Positions 22,280 through 32,358 of a DNA stretch of 64,000 nucleotides are shown piece by piece. Source of the stretch: an uncultured Candidatus Saccharibacteria bacterium. GTDB taxonomy: Bacteria > Patescibacteriota > Minisyncoccia > Phycocordibacterales > CAIRYW01. Under the pieces are notes generated by a model. The model had not been told where the DNA came from. It ran no database searches and saw only the letters and a program-made list of their open reading frames with translations. Both the position numbers and the translations under genes were made by a program. The stretch spans positions 48,111-112,110 of the forward strand of contig CAYLQP010000001.1 of NCBI GenBank assembly GCA_964386665.1, in the 5' to 3' direction. Every line of letters begins with the position of its first letter. The first letter of the stretch is position 1.

Positions 22280-23707
22280 ATGCAAACAACGTATTATCCA
22301 ACTATAGGACTAGAAATTCACGCCGAACTTACTACCAAAAGTAAGATGTTTTGTGGATGCAAAAATGATCCCGATGAAACAACTCCAAACGCCAATGTTT
22401 GTCCTGTGTGTATGGGTCATCCTGGAACACTCCCGTATCCGAATTTCGAGGCGATAAAACACGTTCTTAAAGTAGGAATCGCGCTCGATGGAACCCTTGC
22501 GGACTTTACTGAATTCGATCGAAAAAATTATTTCTATCCTGATATTCCAAAAGGGTATCAGATTAGCCAAGCTAAGTATCCGTTTGTCACAGGGGGGAAT
22601 CTTGAGGGAGTTGCAATCACTCGTGTGCATCTCGAAGAAGATACAGCAAAAAGTGGTCACGAAACAGGGGATTATTCTCTTGTAGATTTTAATCGATCAA
22701 GCCTTCCTCTTATGGAGCTTGTGACAGAGCCTGTGATTCATGATGCAAAGACAGCAGGAAACTTCGCGCGAGAACTTCAGCTTCTGTTACGGTATCTTGG
22801 AGCAAGTGAAGCTAATATGGAAAAAGGTCAGATGCGAGTGGAAGCAAATATTTCTATTTCTCCCGAAGAAGGAAAGTTAGGAACAAAAGTAGAAGTAAAA
22901 AACCTGAACTCGTTTCGCTCAGTTGAACGGGCGATTGAATACGAAATTGAACGACACAAAGCACTTCTTGAAGCAGGAGAAGAAATCAAGCAAGAAACAC
23001 GTGGGTTTGATGAAACCACAGGTAAGACGTTCTCACAGCGAAGCAAAGAAGATGCGCACGATTATCGATATTTCCCAGAACCAGATATACCAAAGATGTA
23101 TATTTCAGAAATTCCCGAATTTGAACTTGAGACACTCAAAAAAGAAATGCCAGAACTACCCAAAGAAAAACGAGTTCGATATGCAAATGAGTACAAAATA
23201 AAGTCAGACGACATAGAAGTGTTTGTTCAAAACCCTACTCTTGCCACCTTCTTTGAGCGAGCGATTAGTAACTTCTGTGATGATACCTCTTGTATTCAAC
23301 TTGCTTCAAACTATATGATTTCGGATTTGATGGGATTGATGAAAGCAGAAGGAAGGGAAGATGTCGGGGCACTGTTTCCTAGTTCGTTTGGTGAGCTTAT
23401 GCTTCTGCTTAAGGAAGGCAAGATCTCAAGTCGTGGAGCCAAAGACCTACTTGCACTTATGTACAAAGAAGGAGGAGAAAACCCAGAGAAGATTGCAGAA
23501 GAGAAAGGTTGGATTCTCAAAGATGATCCAGAATTACTCAAAAGAATACTTGTAGACATAATGTCAAAAAACCAAAAGAGTGTTGAAGAATATCGAAGTG
23601 GAAAAGAAAACGCACTCAATGCGCTCATTGGCCAAGCTATGAAAGAAAGCAAAGGTGCCTTTAGTCCACAGACAATCAAAGAAGGATTGATCGAAATTTT
23701 GAAATAA
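22280..23707 (+). CDS. gatB: Asp/Glu-tRNA amidotransferase subunit B
   Basis: IGLEIHAEL, FDRKNYFYPD, HLEED, EVKNLNS, DYRYFPEPD. Confidence 0.97.
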   Translation: MQTTYYPTIGLEIHAELTTKSKMFCGCKNDPDETTPNANVCPVCMGHPGTLPYPNFEAIKHVLKVGIALDGTLADFTEFDRKNYFYPDIPKGYQISQAKYPFVTGGNLEGVAITRVHLEEDTAKSGHETGDYSLVDFNRSSLPLMELVTEPVIHDAKTAGNFARELQLLLRYLGASEANMEKGQMRVEANISISPEEGKLGTKVEVKNLNSFRSVERAIEYEIERHKALLEAGEEIKQETRGFDETTGKTFSQRSKEDAHDYRYFPEPDIPKMYISEIPEFELETLKKEMPELPKEKRVRYANEYKIKSDDIEVFVQNPTLATFFERAISNFCDDTSCIQLASNYMISDLMGLMKAEGREDVGALFPSSFGELMLLLKEGKISSRGAKDLLALMYKEGGENPEKIAEEKGWILKDDPELLKRILVDIMSKNQKSVEEYRSGKENALNALIGQAMKESKGAFSPQTIKEGLIEILK

Positions 23708-23742
23708 AAAAAACAACGAACAGGGGGGGTTCGTTGTGAGTT

Positions 23743-24354
23743 CTAGTCTGCTTTAGGACTCTTTTTCCCATTCAGAAACTCAAAGATCGCGAGGTCGTAG
23801 CTGCTGGTACGCTCGAACACGTGGATTGCGAGGCGCTCGCGGGTTTCAAACTTCGTTGCGCCACCGTTCGACCGCATTTCTTCGAGTACCACGGCGTAGT
23901 CCGCAGGGTCCGTGACGATGGTCACGGACTGGTAGTTTTTTGACGCAGCACGTAGCATGGCCGGACCACCGACATCAATGTTCTCAATCGCATCCTCCAG
24001 TGTCACGCCATCCTTCGCCACGGTCTGCTCGAAGGGATAGAGGTTTACAATGAGCAGATCAATCGGCAGTACGTCGTGCTCCTTAGCCTGCTCCACGTGT
24101 TGGGCGTTTTCCCGCTGATAGAGTAAGCCGCCATGGACCTTCGGGTGCAGGGTCTTCACCCGACCGTCGAAACATTCTGGGTAGCCGGTGAAATCCGCTA
24201 CTTCGATCACTGGAATACCCAGCTTCCGTATAAATGCCGCGCTGCCGCCCGTGGAGATGATTTCTACTCCCATTGCGTGCAGTCCTTGTACCAAGGTTTC
24301 CAGCCCGTTCTTGTTTGATACCGATATGAGTGCTCGCGTGATTTTTGGGTCCAT
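23743..24354 (-). CDS. purH: stand-alone IMP cyclohydrolase (PurH N-terminal MGS-like domain)
   Basis: RALISVSNK, ISTGGS, DGRVKTLHPKVHGG, VNLYPF, ENIDVGGPAMLRAASKN; AICAR transformylase domain absent; much higher GC than the flanks. Confidence 0.88.
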   Translation of the reverse strand: MDPKITRALISVSNKNGLETLVQGLHAMGVEIISTGGSAAFIRKLGIPVIEVADFTGYPECFDGRVKTLHPKVHGGLLYQRENAQHVEQAKEHDVLPIDLLIVNLYPFEQTVAKDGVTLEDAIENIDVGGPAMLRAASKNYQSVTIVTDPADYAVVLEEMRSNGGATKFETRERLAIHVFERTSSYDLAIFEFLNGKKSPKAD

Positions 24355-24474
24355 TTTCAGGATGTGTTTGATTTGAAGTTTCCCTAACAGATGTGAAAGG
24401 GCGACTATTCCACACATTAACAAATCAGATTTTTTTTGCAACTTTTTGAAAAAGGTATGATATAATTATTCGAA

Positions 24475-25692
24475 ATGATGACACAAAAGAAAATTAAAGT
24501 TGCAATCAATGGAGCAGGACGAATTGGCCGAGCGTTTTATAAGATTGCAGCAAGTATTGATCAAATGGAAATCGTTGCAATCAATGATTTGGGAGACATC
24601 GAAAACATTGCATACTTAATGAAGTTTGATAGTGCATATGGCAAGAGCGGATTTTCGGTTGATGTATGTGATGACAAAAAGTCGTTGATGCTTGGAGGAA
24701 AAAAAGTTCACTTCTTTAGTGAAAAAGAACCAAAAAATCTTCCTTGGAAAGATCTCGGTATTGATGTAGTAGTAGAGTCAACTGGGTTTTTTACTTCATA
24801 CGAAAAATCAAAAGGACACCTCGAAGCCGGAGCAAAGCGAGTAGTGATTTCTGCTCCCGCCAAAGACGAAGTAGGAAGTGCTTTCCAAACTCCTACAATC
24901 CTTATTGGTATCAATGAAGGGGACTTTGTAAAGGCGCCTGTTACTTCAAATGCAAGTTGTACAACCAATGCTTCAAGTCCTGTAATGGCAATTCTTGATG
25001 AAGTAATAGGTATCGAAAAAGCGATTCTTTCAACTGTTCACGGATACACTGCAAGTCAGTCACTTGTAGACAGTCCAAGCAAAAAAGATTGGAAAGAAGG
25101 CCGAGCAGCTGGCCAAAACATTGTTCCTACATCAACTGGTGCGGCCCTTGCAGTAGCAAAAGCACTTCCACAACTAGAAGGTAAGTTTGATGGTATCTCA
25201 ATGCGAGTTCCTGTGATTGCTGGATCTATTGCTGATATCACATTTATTGCAAAACGACCAACAAGTGTTGAAGAGGTAAATCAGATTTTGCTCACTGCCT
25301 CACAAGATGATCGATGGCGAGATGTCTTTTCTTGCACAAATGATCCTTTGGTTTCTTCTGATATTGTTGGATCAATCTTTGCTTCTATTGCCGACCTTAA
25401 CCTGACTCGTGTTGTTGATCGAACTTTGGTGAAAGTTTGTGCTTGGTATGACAACGAGATCGGCTATACTCACGCACTTGTTATGCACGTACTTAAAGCG
25501 GCACAAGTAGTTATCGAGGAGCACTCTGAATTTAGTAAGAATCTTATTGAAGCTCATTCTGATGAGGAAACACAAACACAGTCTCCTGTAAGTGTTGCAC
25601 CAGAACCTCAAGTGGCTCCTATCGTAGTAGAAAAAGAAGAGAAAGAAGCTGATGAGGATATGGGACCTCCGCCAATTCCTCGATATGTATAA
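24475..25692 (+). CDS. gap: glyceraldehyde-3-phosphate dehydrogenase with acidic/Pro-rich C-terminal tail
   Basis: INGAGRIGR, SNASCTTN, WYDNE. Confidence 0.95.
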   Translation: MMTQKKIKVAINGAGRIGRAFYKIAASIDQMEIVAINDLGDIENIAYLMKFDSAYGKSGFSVDVCDDKKSLMLGGKKVHFFSEKEPKNLPWKDLGIDVVVESTGFFTSYEKSKGHLEAGAKRVVISAPAKDEVGSAFQTPTILIGINEGDFVKAPVTSNASCTTNASSPVMAILDEVIGIEKAILSTVHGYTASQSLVDSPSKKDWKEGRAAGQNIVPTSTGAALAVAKALPQLEGKFDGISMRVPVIAGSIADITFIAKRPTSVEEVNQILLTASQDDRWRDVFSCTNDPLVSSDIVGSIFASIADLNLTRVVDRTLVKVCAWYDNEIGYTHALVMHVLKAAQVVIEEHSEFSKNLIEAHSDEETQTQSPVSVAPEPQVAPIVVEKEEKEADEDMGPPPIPRYV

Positions 25693-25695
25693 TGT

Positions 25696-26169
25696 ATGAA
25701 CCTGATTTATATTGCATCTGACCACGCAGGATTTGGGCTCAAAGAAGAGTTAAAAGTTTTTCTTGAGACACTTGGATATCAAGTAATTGATAAGGGTCCT
25801 TTTATGCTTAATCCAGAAGATGATTATCCAGAACTTGTATTACCTGTCGCACTTGAAGTTGCAAAAGATTCAAATGCGAAAGGGATTGTTATTGGTGGAA
25901 GTGGACAAGGGGAAGCTATGGTGTGTAACCGACTTAGGGGGGTGCGTGCAGTGGTGTTTAATGGACAATATGAACCAAAAGATGGACGGACTGTTCCAAA
26001 CGAGATTCGAGTTTCTCGGGAACACAATGATGCAAATATTCTTTCTCTTGGTGCTCGGTTTATAAATACACAAGAGGCAAAAATTGCAGTTAATGTGTGG
26101 CTTGGTACAAAGTTTTCGGGAGACGAAAGGCATGTGAGGAGAATTAAAAAGATAGATGAAATTTTATGA
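25696..26169 (+). CDS. rpiB: ribose-5-phosphate isomerase B
   Basis: SDHAG, DDYP, GGSGQGE, REHNDAN, RHVRR. Confidence 0.93.
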   Translation: MNLIYIASDHAGFGLKEELKVFLETLGYQVIDKGPFMLNPEDDYPELVLPVALEVAKDSNAKGIVIGGSGQGEAMVCNRLRGVRAVVFNGQYEPKDGRTVPNEIRVSREHNDANILSLGARFINTQEAKIAVNVWLGTKFSGDERHVRRIKKIDEIL

Positions 26170-26957
26170 TTGAGATAATTAATAAGAGTTATCAAAAATC
26201 AAAATTGATCTGGGAGTCCCGTATCCTGGTAATTTTATTCCTATGTTTAGTGACTTACAAGTATTCTTTTTTTATGTTTTGTGGTGTGGGTTATGAACCA
26301 TCTTTTATCCCATCAATTTGTTATATTTTTTATATCTTGTACATTCTTATTCCTTTGAATGTTATATTAATAATTATTAATATATTCAGCAAACGATTTG
26401 TAAAAATAAGTTTTTATTATGTAGGATTCTTTTTGTTTTTTATGTCTTTAATATTTCCTCTTGTTGGTAAATTTTGGGATCAGTATAAATATTATAAAGG
26501 TTATGATAGTGAACTTGAGCAAAGTATTGTCGAATATAAGAATTCAATTGATAATTATTTTATTTTAAATCAACGTGACGAATCTAAGGTCACTGAATGT
26601 ACAATTTATCATTTTTCCCAAATTAATAACTTTAAAGAATTGCATAAGGTATTAAATTTTGATATATGTGGCATCAAATATTTTTTTGATCCAAATCGTT
26701 CGGACCAAAGCATAACTTATGATCTTTTAAAAAAGGACAGACCTAAACTGAGGGGGTTTCCTCATAAAACTCAGGGTAGCTATATTTACGGGATAGACAT
26801 TTTCCGAACGAAATTTAAAGTCTATCTTTTTCCTAAAATTATTAACAGATCAGGAATGAATCTAATTTATCAACAGGGGATTATTGAAAGTATTTTTGTT
26901 GATGAAAAATGGGTTGATTTCAGATCTTATGCTTTAGAGAATTTAAAAGAAAAATAA
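26166..26957 (+). CDS. hypothetical membrane protein, very AT-rich
   Basis: 263-aa ORF with three N-terminal TM segments; ATGA overlap with the rpiB stop. Confidence 0.65.
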   Translation: MIEIINKSYQKSKLIWESRILVILFLCLVTYKYSFFMFCGVGYEPSFIPSICYIFYILYILIPLNVILIIINIFSKRFVKISFYYVGFFLFFMSLIFPLVGKFWDQYKYYKGYDSELEQSIVEYKNSIDNYFILNQRDESKVTECTIYHFSQINNFKELHKVLNFDICGIKYFFDPNRSDQSITYDLLKKDRPKLRGFPHKTQGSYIYGIDIFRTKFKVYLFPKIINRSGMNLIYQQGIIESIFVDEKWVDFRSYALENLKEK

Positions 26958-26962
26958 AATTT

Positions 26963-27646
26963 ATGGAAATTATACCTGCAATACTTGTTACAACGTTTAG
27001 AGAACTTGAAGAAAAGGTAGAGTCAATCAAAGGTCTTGCACCATTTTGTCAAATCGATGTGACTGATGGTAAGTTTGCTGGTCGTCCGTCTTGGCCTCTT
27101 GTAAAACCAGATAAAAACTTCGAGTCTATTTTGCTTCAAGAGAGAGGGATGCCGTTTTGGGAAGAGATTGATTTCGAGATTGATTTGATGGTAGAACATC
27201 CATTTGCACTTGCACGAGATTTTATTGCAGCGGGTGCATCACGACTCATTTTTCACGCTGATACTGTTCGTCTCGAAGAAGACAAAATGCTTTTGGATCA
27301 ACTCAAAAGTGAAGGGCTTGTGGAGATTGGGATTGCGGTCCGGTCTTCTACTTCTCCCGAACTGATTAAAGAGCTTTTAGAGTTCGCTGATTTTTTCCAA
27401 GTGATGACAATTGATCCAATTGGGGTTCAAGGTTCACCTTTTGATGAGAAGGCGATTGAAACAATAAGGCTTATACGAAGCTGGATTCCAAATGCAATTA
27501 TTGCCTGCGATGGAGCAATGCAACCAGAAACAATCGAGCTTTGTATGAACGCTGGAGCAACTCGGTTTTCGGTTGGATCGTATATTTTCAAATCTGAAAA
27601 TCCTCGTATGATGCTTGAGGATTTGAATAGTATTGTAGAAGAGTAG
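26963..27646 (+). CDS. rpe: ribulose-phosphate 3-epimerase family protein
   Basis: IIPAIL, QIDVTDGKF, LMV, IFH, QVM..GVQGSPF, DG motifs. Confidence 0.88.
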   Translation: MEIIPAILVTTFRELEEKVESIKGLAPFCQIDVTDGKFAGRPSWPLVKPDKNFESILLQERGMPFWEEIDFEIDLMVEHPFALARDFIAAGASRLIFHADTVRLEEDKMLLDQLKSEGLVEIGIAVRSSTSPELIKELLEFADFFQVMTIDPIGVQGSPFDEKAIETIRLIRSWIPNAIIACDGAMQPETIELCMNAGATRFSVGSYIFKSENPRMMLEDLNSIVEE

Positions 27647-27682
27647 AACATTTTTTATATTGTCTATGATATAATTTGTGTA

Positions 27683-28552
27683 ATGAATTCTTTAGACGAT
27701 AAAAAAATAAAATTCTTAGAAGAAAAAGCGAATGATATCCGTCAGTCGATTATTGAAATGCTTTTGGAAGCGGGTTCAGGACATACAGCAGGACCACTTG
27801 GTATGACGGATATATTTACGGCACTTTTTTTTCATACACTCAAACATACGCCATCAGATCCAACCTGGCAAGAAAGAGATAGAGTCGTACTTTCAAACGG
27901 CCATATTTGCCCAGTGTATTATGCAACACTTGCTCATGCGGGATATTTCGCCATAGAAGAACTTAAGACACTTCGCAAATTTGGAAGCAGACTTCAGGGT
28001 CATCCACACCGAGAATTTTTGCCGATAGTTGAAACTTCTTCGGGTCCTCTTGGAAGTGGACTTTCTCAAGCAGTCGGGATGGCACTTGCTGATCGAATCG
28101 ATAATGGACGCAGTTCCAGTAAGCAATTTTATTGTTTTCTTGGTGATGGGGAACTTGATGAAGGTCAAAATTGGGAAGCACTCCTTCTTGCAGGAAAAGA
28201 AAAACTTCAAAACCTCACACTTATTGTTGACCGTAATAATATCCAAATTGATGGATTTACAGAAGATGTGATGCCACTTAACCCACTGGATAAAAAGTTT
28301 GAAGCGTTTAATTTCCATGTGCAGGTGATTGATGGGCACAATTTTGAGCAGATTATCGGGGCGTTTGGGCAAGCACAATCAGTGTTTGATAAACCATCGG
28401 TGATTATTGCCAATACGATTCCTGGAAAAGGAGTAAAAGAGTTTGAAAGAAATTTCGAGTATCACGGGTTTATGAAAAACAAAGAAGAGGGTATAAAAGC
28501 ACTTGATGAACTACGAACACTCGGAGGAAAGATTGAAGGAGAACATAAATAA
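27683..28552 (+). CDS. transketolase N-terminal (TPP-binding) subunit
   Basis: GSGH, DRVVLSNGH, LQGHP, GDGELDEG. Confidence 0.94.
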   Translation: MNSLDDKKIKFLEEKANDIRQSIIEMLLEAGSGHTAGPLGMTDIFTALFFHTLKHTPSDPTWQERDRVVLSNGHICPVYYATLAHAGYFAIEELKTLRKFGSRLQGHPHREFLPIVETSSGPLGSGLSQAVGMALADRIDNGRSSSKQFYCFLGDGELDEGQNWEALLLAGKEKLQNLTLIVDRNNIQIDGFTEDVMPLNPLDKKFEAFNFHVQVIDGHNFEQIIGAFGQAQSVFDKPSVIIANTIPGKGVKEFERNFEYHGFMKNKEEGIKALDELRTLGGKIEGEHK

Positions 28553-28569
28553 AAAAACTCTTCGAGTGG

Positions 28570-28971
28570 CTACGAAGAGGTGTTAGGGTTGTGCTTAGGG
28601 CAGAAGCATTGTCCAGACGGTGTGAACAAAATCCAACCTTTAGGATTTGGTTGGTCTGGTTTTCCAGTTAAGACTTGTTCTGCTGTGGTAGAACAATTAG
28701 GTGCATCGCATTGCCAGATTTTGACATCGAATACACCTCTATCAGGATTACTTATAGCCATTCTTTCCAAATCATCCCCGGTGGAAAAAATATCTTTGAC
28801 AGACCGGTGCGTAGGACACAGGGCAATTCTTCCTGACGTCTGTGTGCTACAGTTTGGCCTTGAGACTATGGAACAAGCCATCCATTCGGGACCAGCTGTG
28901 TGCGTACCAATTTGAATTATTGCTGGGCAATTAGGTACACTACAACACAGTTTTTTAATTTGTTGAATCAT
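28570..28971 (-). CDS. Cys-rich hypothetical protein, probably zinc-binding
   Basis: CSVPNC, RPNC, CPTH, CDAPNC, CFCPKH; hairpin ctcttcg/cgaagag at its end. Confidence 0.6.
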   Translation of the reverse strand: MIQQIKKLCCSVPNCPAIIQIGTHTAGPEWMACSIVSRPNCSTQTSGRIALCPTHRSVKDIFSTGDDLERMAISNPDRGVFDVKIWQCDAPNCSTTAEQVLTGKPDQPNPKGWILFTPSGQCFCPKHNPNTSS

Positions 28972-29060
28972 GTTTTTTATCCCTTTCCATCACCAAATTT
29001 AACACAAATGCGCAAAAAAACAATCCTTGAATCACTTTGGAAATAGGCTATAATTTGAGT

Positions 29061-29438
29061 ATGAATCAATTGCAACAAAAAATATTAAAGTATATGAAAG
29101 CACGAAATTGGGACAAACTTCCTCCCGCTGACTTGGCAAAATCAATTTCAATTGAGGCAGCAGAACTTCTCGAACACTTCCAATGGCAAAACTTTTCGCC
29201 CGAAGAAATAAAAAAAGACAAAGAAAAGTATCAAGAAATCAAAGATGAAATGGGTGACATTATGATTTATTGTAGTGAGTTCGCTACCCGACTTGGTTTT
29301 GATCTTGAAACAGTTGCTAAAGCAAAATTAAAAAAAGCTGAAAAGAAATACCCTGCAAAGTTATTCAAGAACAGTAAAGACCCTCACGGAACAGGGGTAT
29401 ATCTTCAAATCAAAAAAGCCTATCGCGCAAAAAAATGA
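29061..29438 (+). CDS. MazG-like nucleotide pyrophosphohydrolase
   Basis: RNWD, LAKSISIEAAELLEHFQW, DEMGD, KKYP. Confidence 0.88.
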   Translation: MNQLQQKILKYMKARNWDKLPPADLAKSISIEAAELLEHFQWQNFSPEEIKKDKEKYQEIKDEMGDIMIYCSEFATRLGFDLETVAKAKLKKAEKKYPAKLFKNSKDPHGTGVYLQIKKAYRAKK

Positions 29439-29767
29439 TTACGTACGAAGATTTTAGCAAAGTTGAAATCAAAGTAGGGCAGATAGTTGCTGTTGACGAT
29501 TTTCCTGAAGCTCGAAAACCTGCTTACAAACTGACTATCGATTTTGGAGAAGAGATAGGAATAAAGAAATCTTCTGCTCAAATCACTGATCATTACACAA
29601 AAGAAAGTTTGATGGGCAAACAAGTGCTTTGTGTGACAAACTTTCCTCCGAAACAAGTTGGACCATTTATTTCTGAAGTCTTAACACTTGGGCTCCCAGA
29701 CGCGGAAGGCAAAGTAGTACTCATTTCTCCTGACAAGGAAGTTCCGCTTGGAAAAAATATTTTTTAA
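29435..29767 (+). CDS. csaA: tRNA-binding OB-fold protein, CsaA family
   Basis: FPEARKPAYKL.IDFG, SSAQIT, NFPPKQ, SEVLTLG. Confidence 0.9.
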   Translation: MITYEDFSKVEIKVGQIVAVDDFPEARKPAYKLTIDFGEEIGIKKSSAQITDHYTKESLMGKQVLCVTNFPPKQVGPFISEVLTLGLPDAEGKVVLISPDKEVPLGKNIF

Positions 29768-29797
29768 TCTAGATTGGAAGTGATATAATCATAATGA

Positions 29798-30787
29798 ATG
29801 ATTGAGAAAACTTTAAATCCAAAAATATTTGATACAGATGTTGAACAAGTGCCTATTAGGCGCGGATTTGGCGAAGGTCTTGTTATAGCAGCCGAAAAAG
29901 ACGGTAACGTTGTGGCGCTTTGTGCTGACCTCACCGATTCAACTCAAATGAAAGTGTTTCGTGATATGTTTCCAGATCGATTTATTGAAATAGGGATTGC
30001 AGAACAGAACCTCGCATCAGTTGCAAGTGGAATGGCAGCAATGGGGAAGGTGCCTGTCATTTCTTCTTATGCAATGTTTTCTCCTGGGCGAAACTGGGAG
30101 CAGATTCGAACTACAATCTGTTACAACAACCAGAAGGTGATTATTGCAGGAAGTCACGCGGGTGTTTCGGTAGGCCCTGATGGAGGAACACATCAGGCTC
30201 TCGAAGATATTGCTCTTATGAATGTAATTCCAAATATGACGGTTGTAAGTCCTTGTGATACCATCGAGGCTAAGAAAGCTATCATTGCCTTGCTTGGAGA
30301 CGATGTCAAAACTCCTGCATACATCCGTCTTGCACGTGAAAAAACTCCTGTTATTACAACAGAAGGGTCTCCATTTAAACTTGGGAAAGCAAAACTTCTT
30401 TTCGACAATGGTCATGCAGAGGTAGTGGTGTTTGCGTGTGGGGCACTCGTGCATAAAGCACTTGTCGTTGCGAGTGAATTACAAAAAGAAGGACGATTAG
30501 TGAATGTAGTAAATGTACACACCATCAAACCTCTCGATGTGGATATGGTTGTTGATCAAGCTCGGATTTGTGGAGCAGTTGTTGTAGTAGAAGAACATCA
30601 AAAGTTCGGTGGACTTGGAAGTGTGATAGCAGAGTGTTTAAGTGAGAAATTTCCAGTGCCAATTGAATTTGTTGCGGTAAATGACAGGTTCGGACAATCG
30701 GGCACACCTGATGAACTTATCAAAGAATATAATCTTGATGAAGAAGATATCAAAAAAGCGATAGAAAAAGTGGTGGGAAGGAAGTAG
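29798..30787 (+). CDS. transketolase C-terminal subunit
   Basis: GIAEQN, GPDGGTHQ, TIKPLD, EEH..GGLG. Confidence 0.94.
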   Translation: MIEKTLNPKIFDTDVEQVPIRRGFGEGLVIAAEKDGNVVALCADLTDSTQMKVFRDMFPDRFIEIGIAEQNLASVASGMAAMGKVPVISSYAMFSPGRNWEQIRTTICYNNQKVIIAGSHAGVSVGPDGGTHQALEDIALMNVIPNMTVVSPCDTIEAKKAIIALLGDDVKTPAYIRLAREKTPVITTEGSPFKLGKAKLLFDNGHAEVVVFACGALVHKALVVASELQKEGRLVNVVNVHTIKPLDVDMVVDQARICGAVVVVEEHQKFGGLGSVIAECLSEKFPVPIEFVAVNDRFGQSGTPDELIKEYNLDEEDIKKAIEKVVGRK

Positions 30788-30788
30788 T

Positions 30789-31169
30789 TTACTTACTAAA
30801 ATGCTCTTGTACAAGTCTATTGTATTCTTGCTCGAGTAAATCACGGACTGTTGAAGGAATTGAGTTAAACGTTGACTTTAGATCTTGCAATGTTCTACCA
30901 TCTTGTCTTAAACCTGTTAAATATTGTTCAGCTCCAACTCTTTCTTCATGTTCTTCATTGGCAAGACGTTCAAGCCATTTTTCGGCAGAGAGCTCAGCTA
31001 CCTTCTGAGCAAAATACTCTTTTGCAGCAGCAGCGTCTCCCCAATCCAGTGTCTGACTGGCACTTCTGTTGTCAATAAAGTCATTTAACGCTGTTGTGAC
31101 TGCTTGCGCAGCAAGTTGTTCAGGGCTAAGTACTCTTGATTTTTCAAAATTGTCTCCTGGTCCAATCAT
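30789..31169 (-). CDS. hypothetical protein
   Basis: 126-aa helical ORF whose start overlaps the stop of the pfkB-family gene. Confidence 0.65.
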   Translation of the reverse strand: MIGPGDNFEKSRVLSPEQLAAQAVTTALNDFIDNRSASQTLDWGDAAAAKEYFAQKVAELSAEKWLERLANEEHEERVGAEQYLTGLRQDGRTLQDLKSTFNSIPSTVRDLLEQEYNRLVQEHFSK

Positions 31170-32176
31170 TATAGTGTCTTTACTTTATAATTTGCTGGTG
31201 CTTTTTCTAAGAATGCTTTTACTTCTTCTTGGGTGAGAAGTCCTTTTTGGGCCCCAAGTTGTTGAACAACATATGTGGAATTGATCCCTGCCCAGAGAAG
31301 CGCTTCTTCGAGTGGTTTTCCAAGTATAAGAGCAGTTGTTACTGTAGATGCAAATGCATCACCTGCTCCAGTTCGCTCAAAAGGTGGTTTTGGATCTGGG
31401 TAAGGAGGCACAAACATACTATGTGTTCCATCCCACGCATAAGCGCCGTTTGGACCATCTGTGAGGATGACGTGTTTTGGACCAAGTGCGGCGATTTTTT
31501 GCATAAGGAGGGCAATGTTCGTTTCTTTTGTATCAAGGATGGTTTGAGCTTCTTCTTTGTTGCAGAAGAACAGAAACGTGTTCGCATAGATATCTTTTAG
31601 TTTGTCTTTTCCAAAACGGATCTGATATGTTCCTGGTTGGAAGACGAGCTTTTTGTCTGGATGTTCTTTAAGGAAACTTCCAAGAGCTCCGTGGAATTCA
31701 AGCGAGTTTTCTCCAAGTGATGAAAGATAAATCCATGGGATGTTGCTGATGTCAGGAAGAAGATAATCATACACTTCGTGTTTGATAAGGATGGTTCGAT
31801 CAGCTCCATACCATAAAACGTAGTGGTAGTTTGTTTTCTTGTCTTTGTTTTTTGTGATGTATGTTGTTAAGACCTTCTCTGATTTGAAGTGGTTGAGACA
31901 ATCTGTGGCGTATGCGTCATCACCGAGGTTTGTATAAATCCCTGCCTTAACTCCAAGTCTACTCATTGAGACTGCGGCGTTCGCGCTATTACCAACTCCG
32001 TTAATTACTTCAACGGATTCAAAGGGGATCTTGTCACCGTATTTCATACAAATCTCGCAGGCAGTGTTGTCGAGCTTGCAAGTGATGTGAGCTTCTTTTA
32101 ATTTGATAAATGCATCAATAACTGTATCTCCAATAGTGATTACTTCGCACACTTCTTTTTTGAATATATTTAACAT
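31169..32176 (-). CDS. PfkB-family carbohydrate kinase
   Basis: GNSANAAV..SRLG, LGDD, NKEEA, TDGPNGA, ERTGAGDAF. Confidence 0.92.
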   Translation of the reverse strand: MLNIFKKEVCEVITIGDTVIDAFIKLKEAHITCKLDNTACEICMKYGDKIPFESVEVINGVGNSANAAVSMSRLGVKAGIYTNLGDDAYATDCLNHFKSEKVLTTYITKNKDKKTNYHYVLWYGADRTILIKHEVYDYLLPDISNIPWIYLSSLGENSLEFHGALGSFLKEHPDKKLVFQPGTYQIRFGKDKLKDIYANTFLFFCNKEEAQTILDTKETNIALLMQKIAALGPKHVILTDGPNGAYAWDGTHSMFVPPYPDPKPPFERTGAGDAFASTVTTALILGKPLEEALLWAGINSTYVVQQLGAQKGLLTQEEVKAFLEKAPANYKVKTL

Positions 32177-32220
32177 AGAAGTATTATATAAAAAAAGCCC
32201 CTTCAAGAGAAGGGGGGGGG

Positions 32221-32358
32221 TTATCTCGCCAGTAACCGCACTACCACTGAGGTGAGTAATGGTAGTAGTATTGGTGAGGAAAACATCGCTGTGATGATAA
32301 TTTTCTCAAAGGTGTCTACTGACAACACCATTGGGATTATTTGCGTGATGGTTTTCAT
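32221..32358 (-). CDS. putative 45-aa hydrophobic peptide (below the ORF-track cutoff)
   Basis: MKTITQIIPMVLSVDTFEKIIITAMFSSPILLPLLTSVVVRLLAR*, followed immediately by a ccccttc/gaagggg hairpin plus T-run at 32190-32220. Confidence 0.45.
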   Translation of the reverse strand: MKTITQIIPMVLSVDTFEKIIITAMFSSPILLPLLTSVVVRLLAR

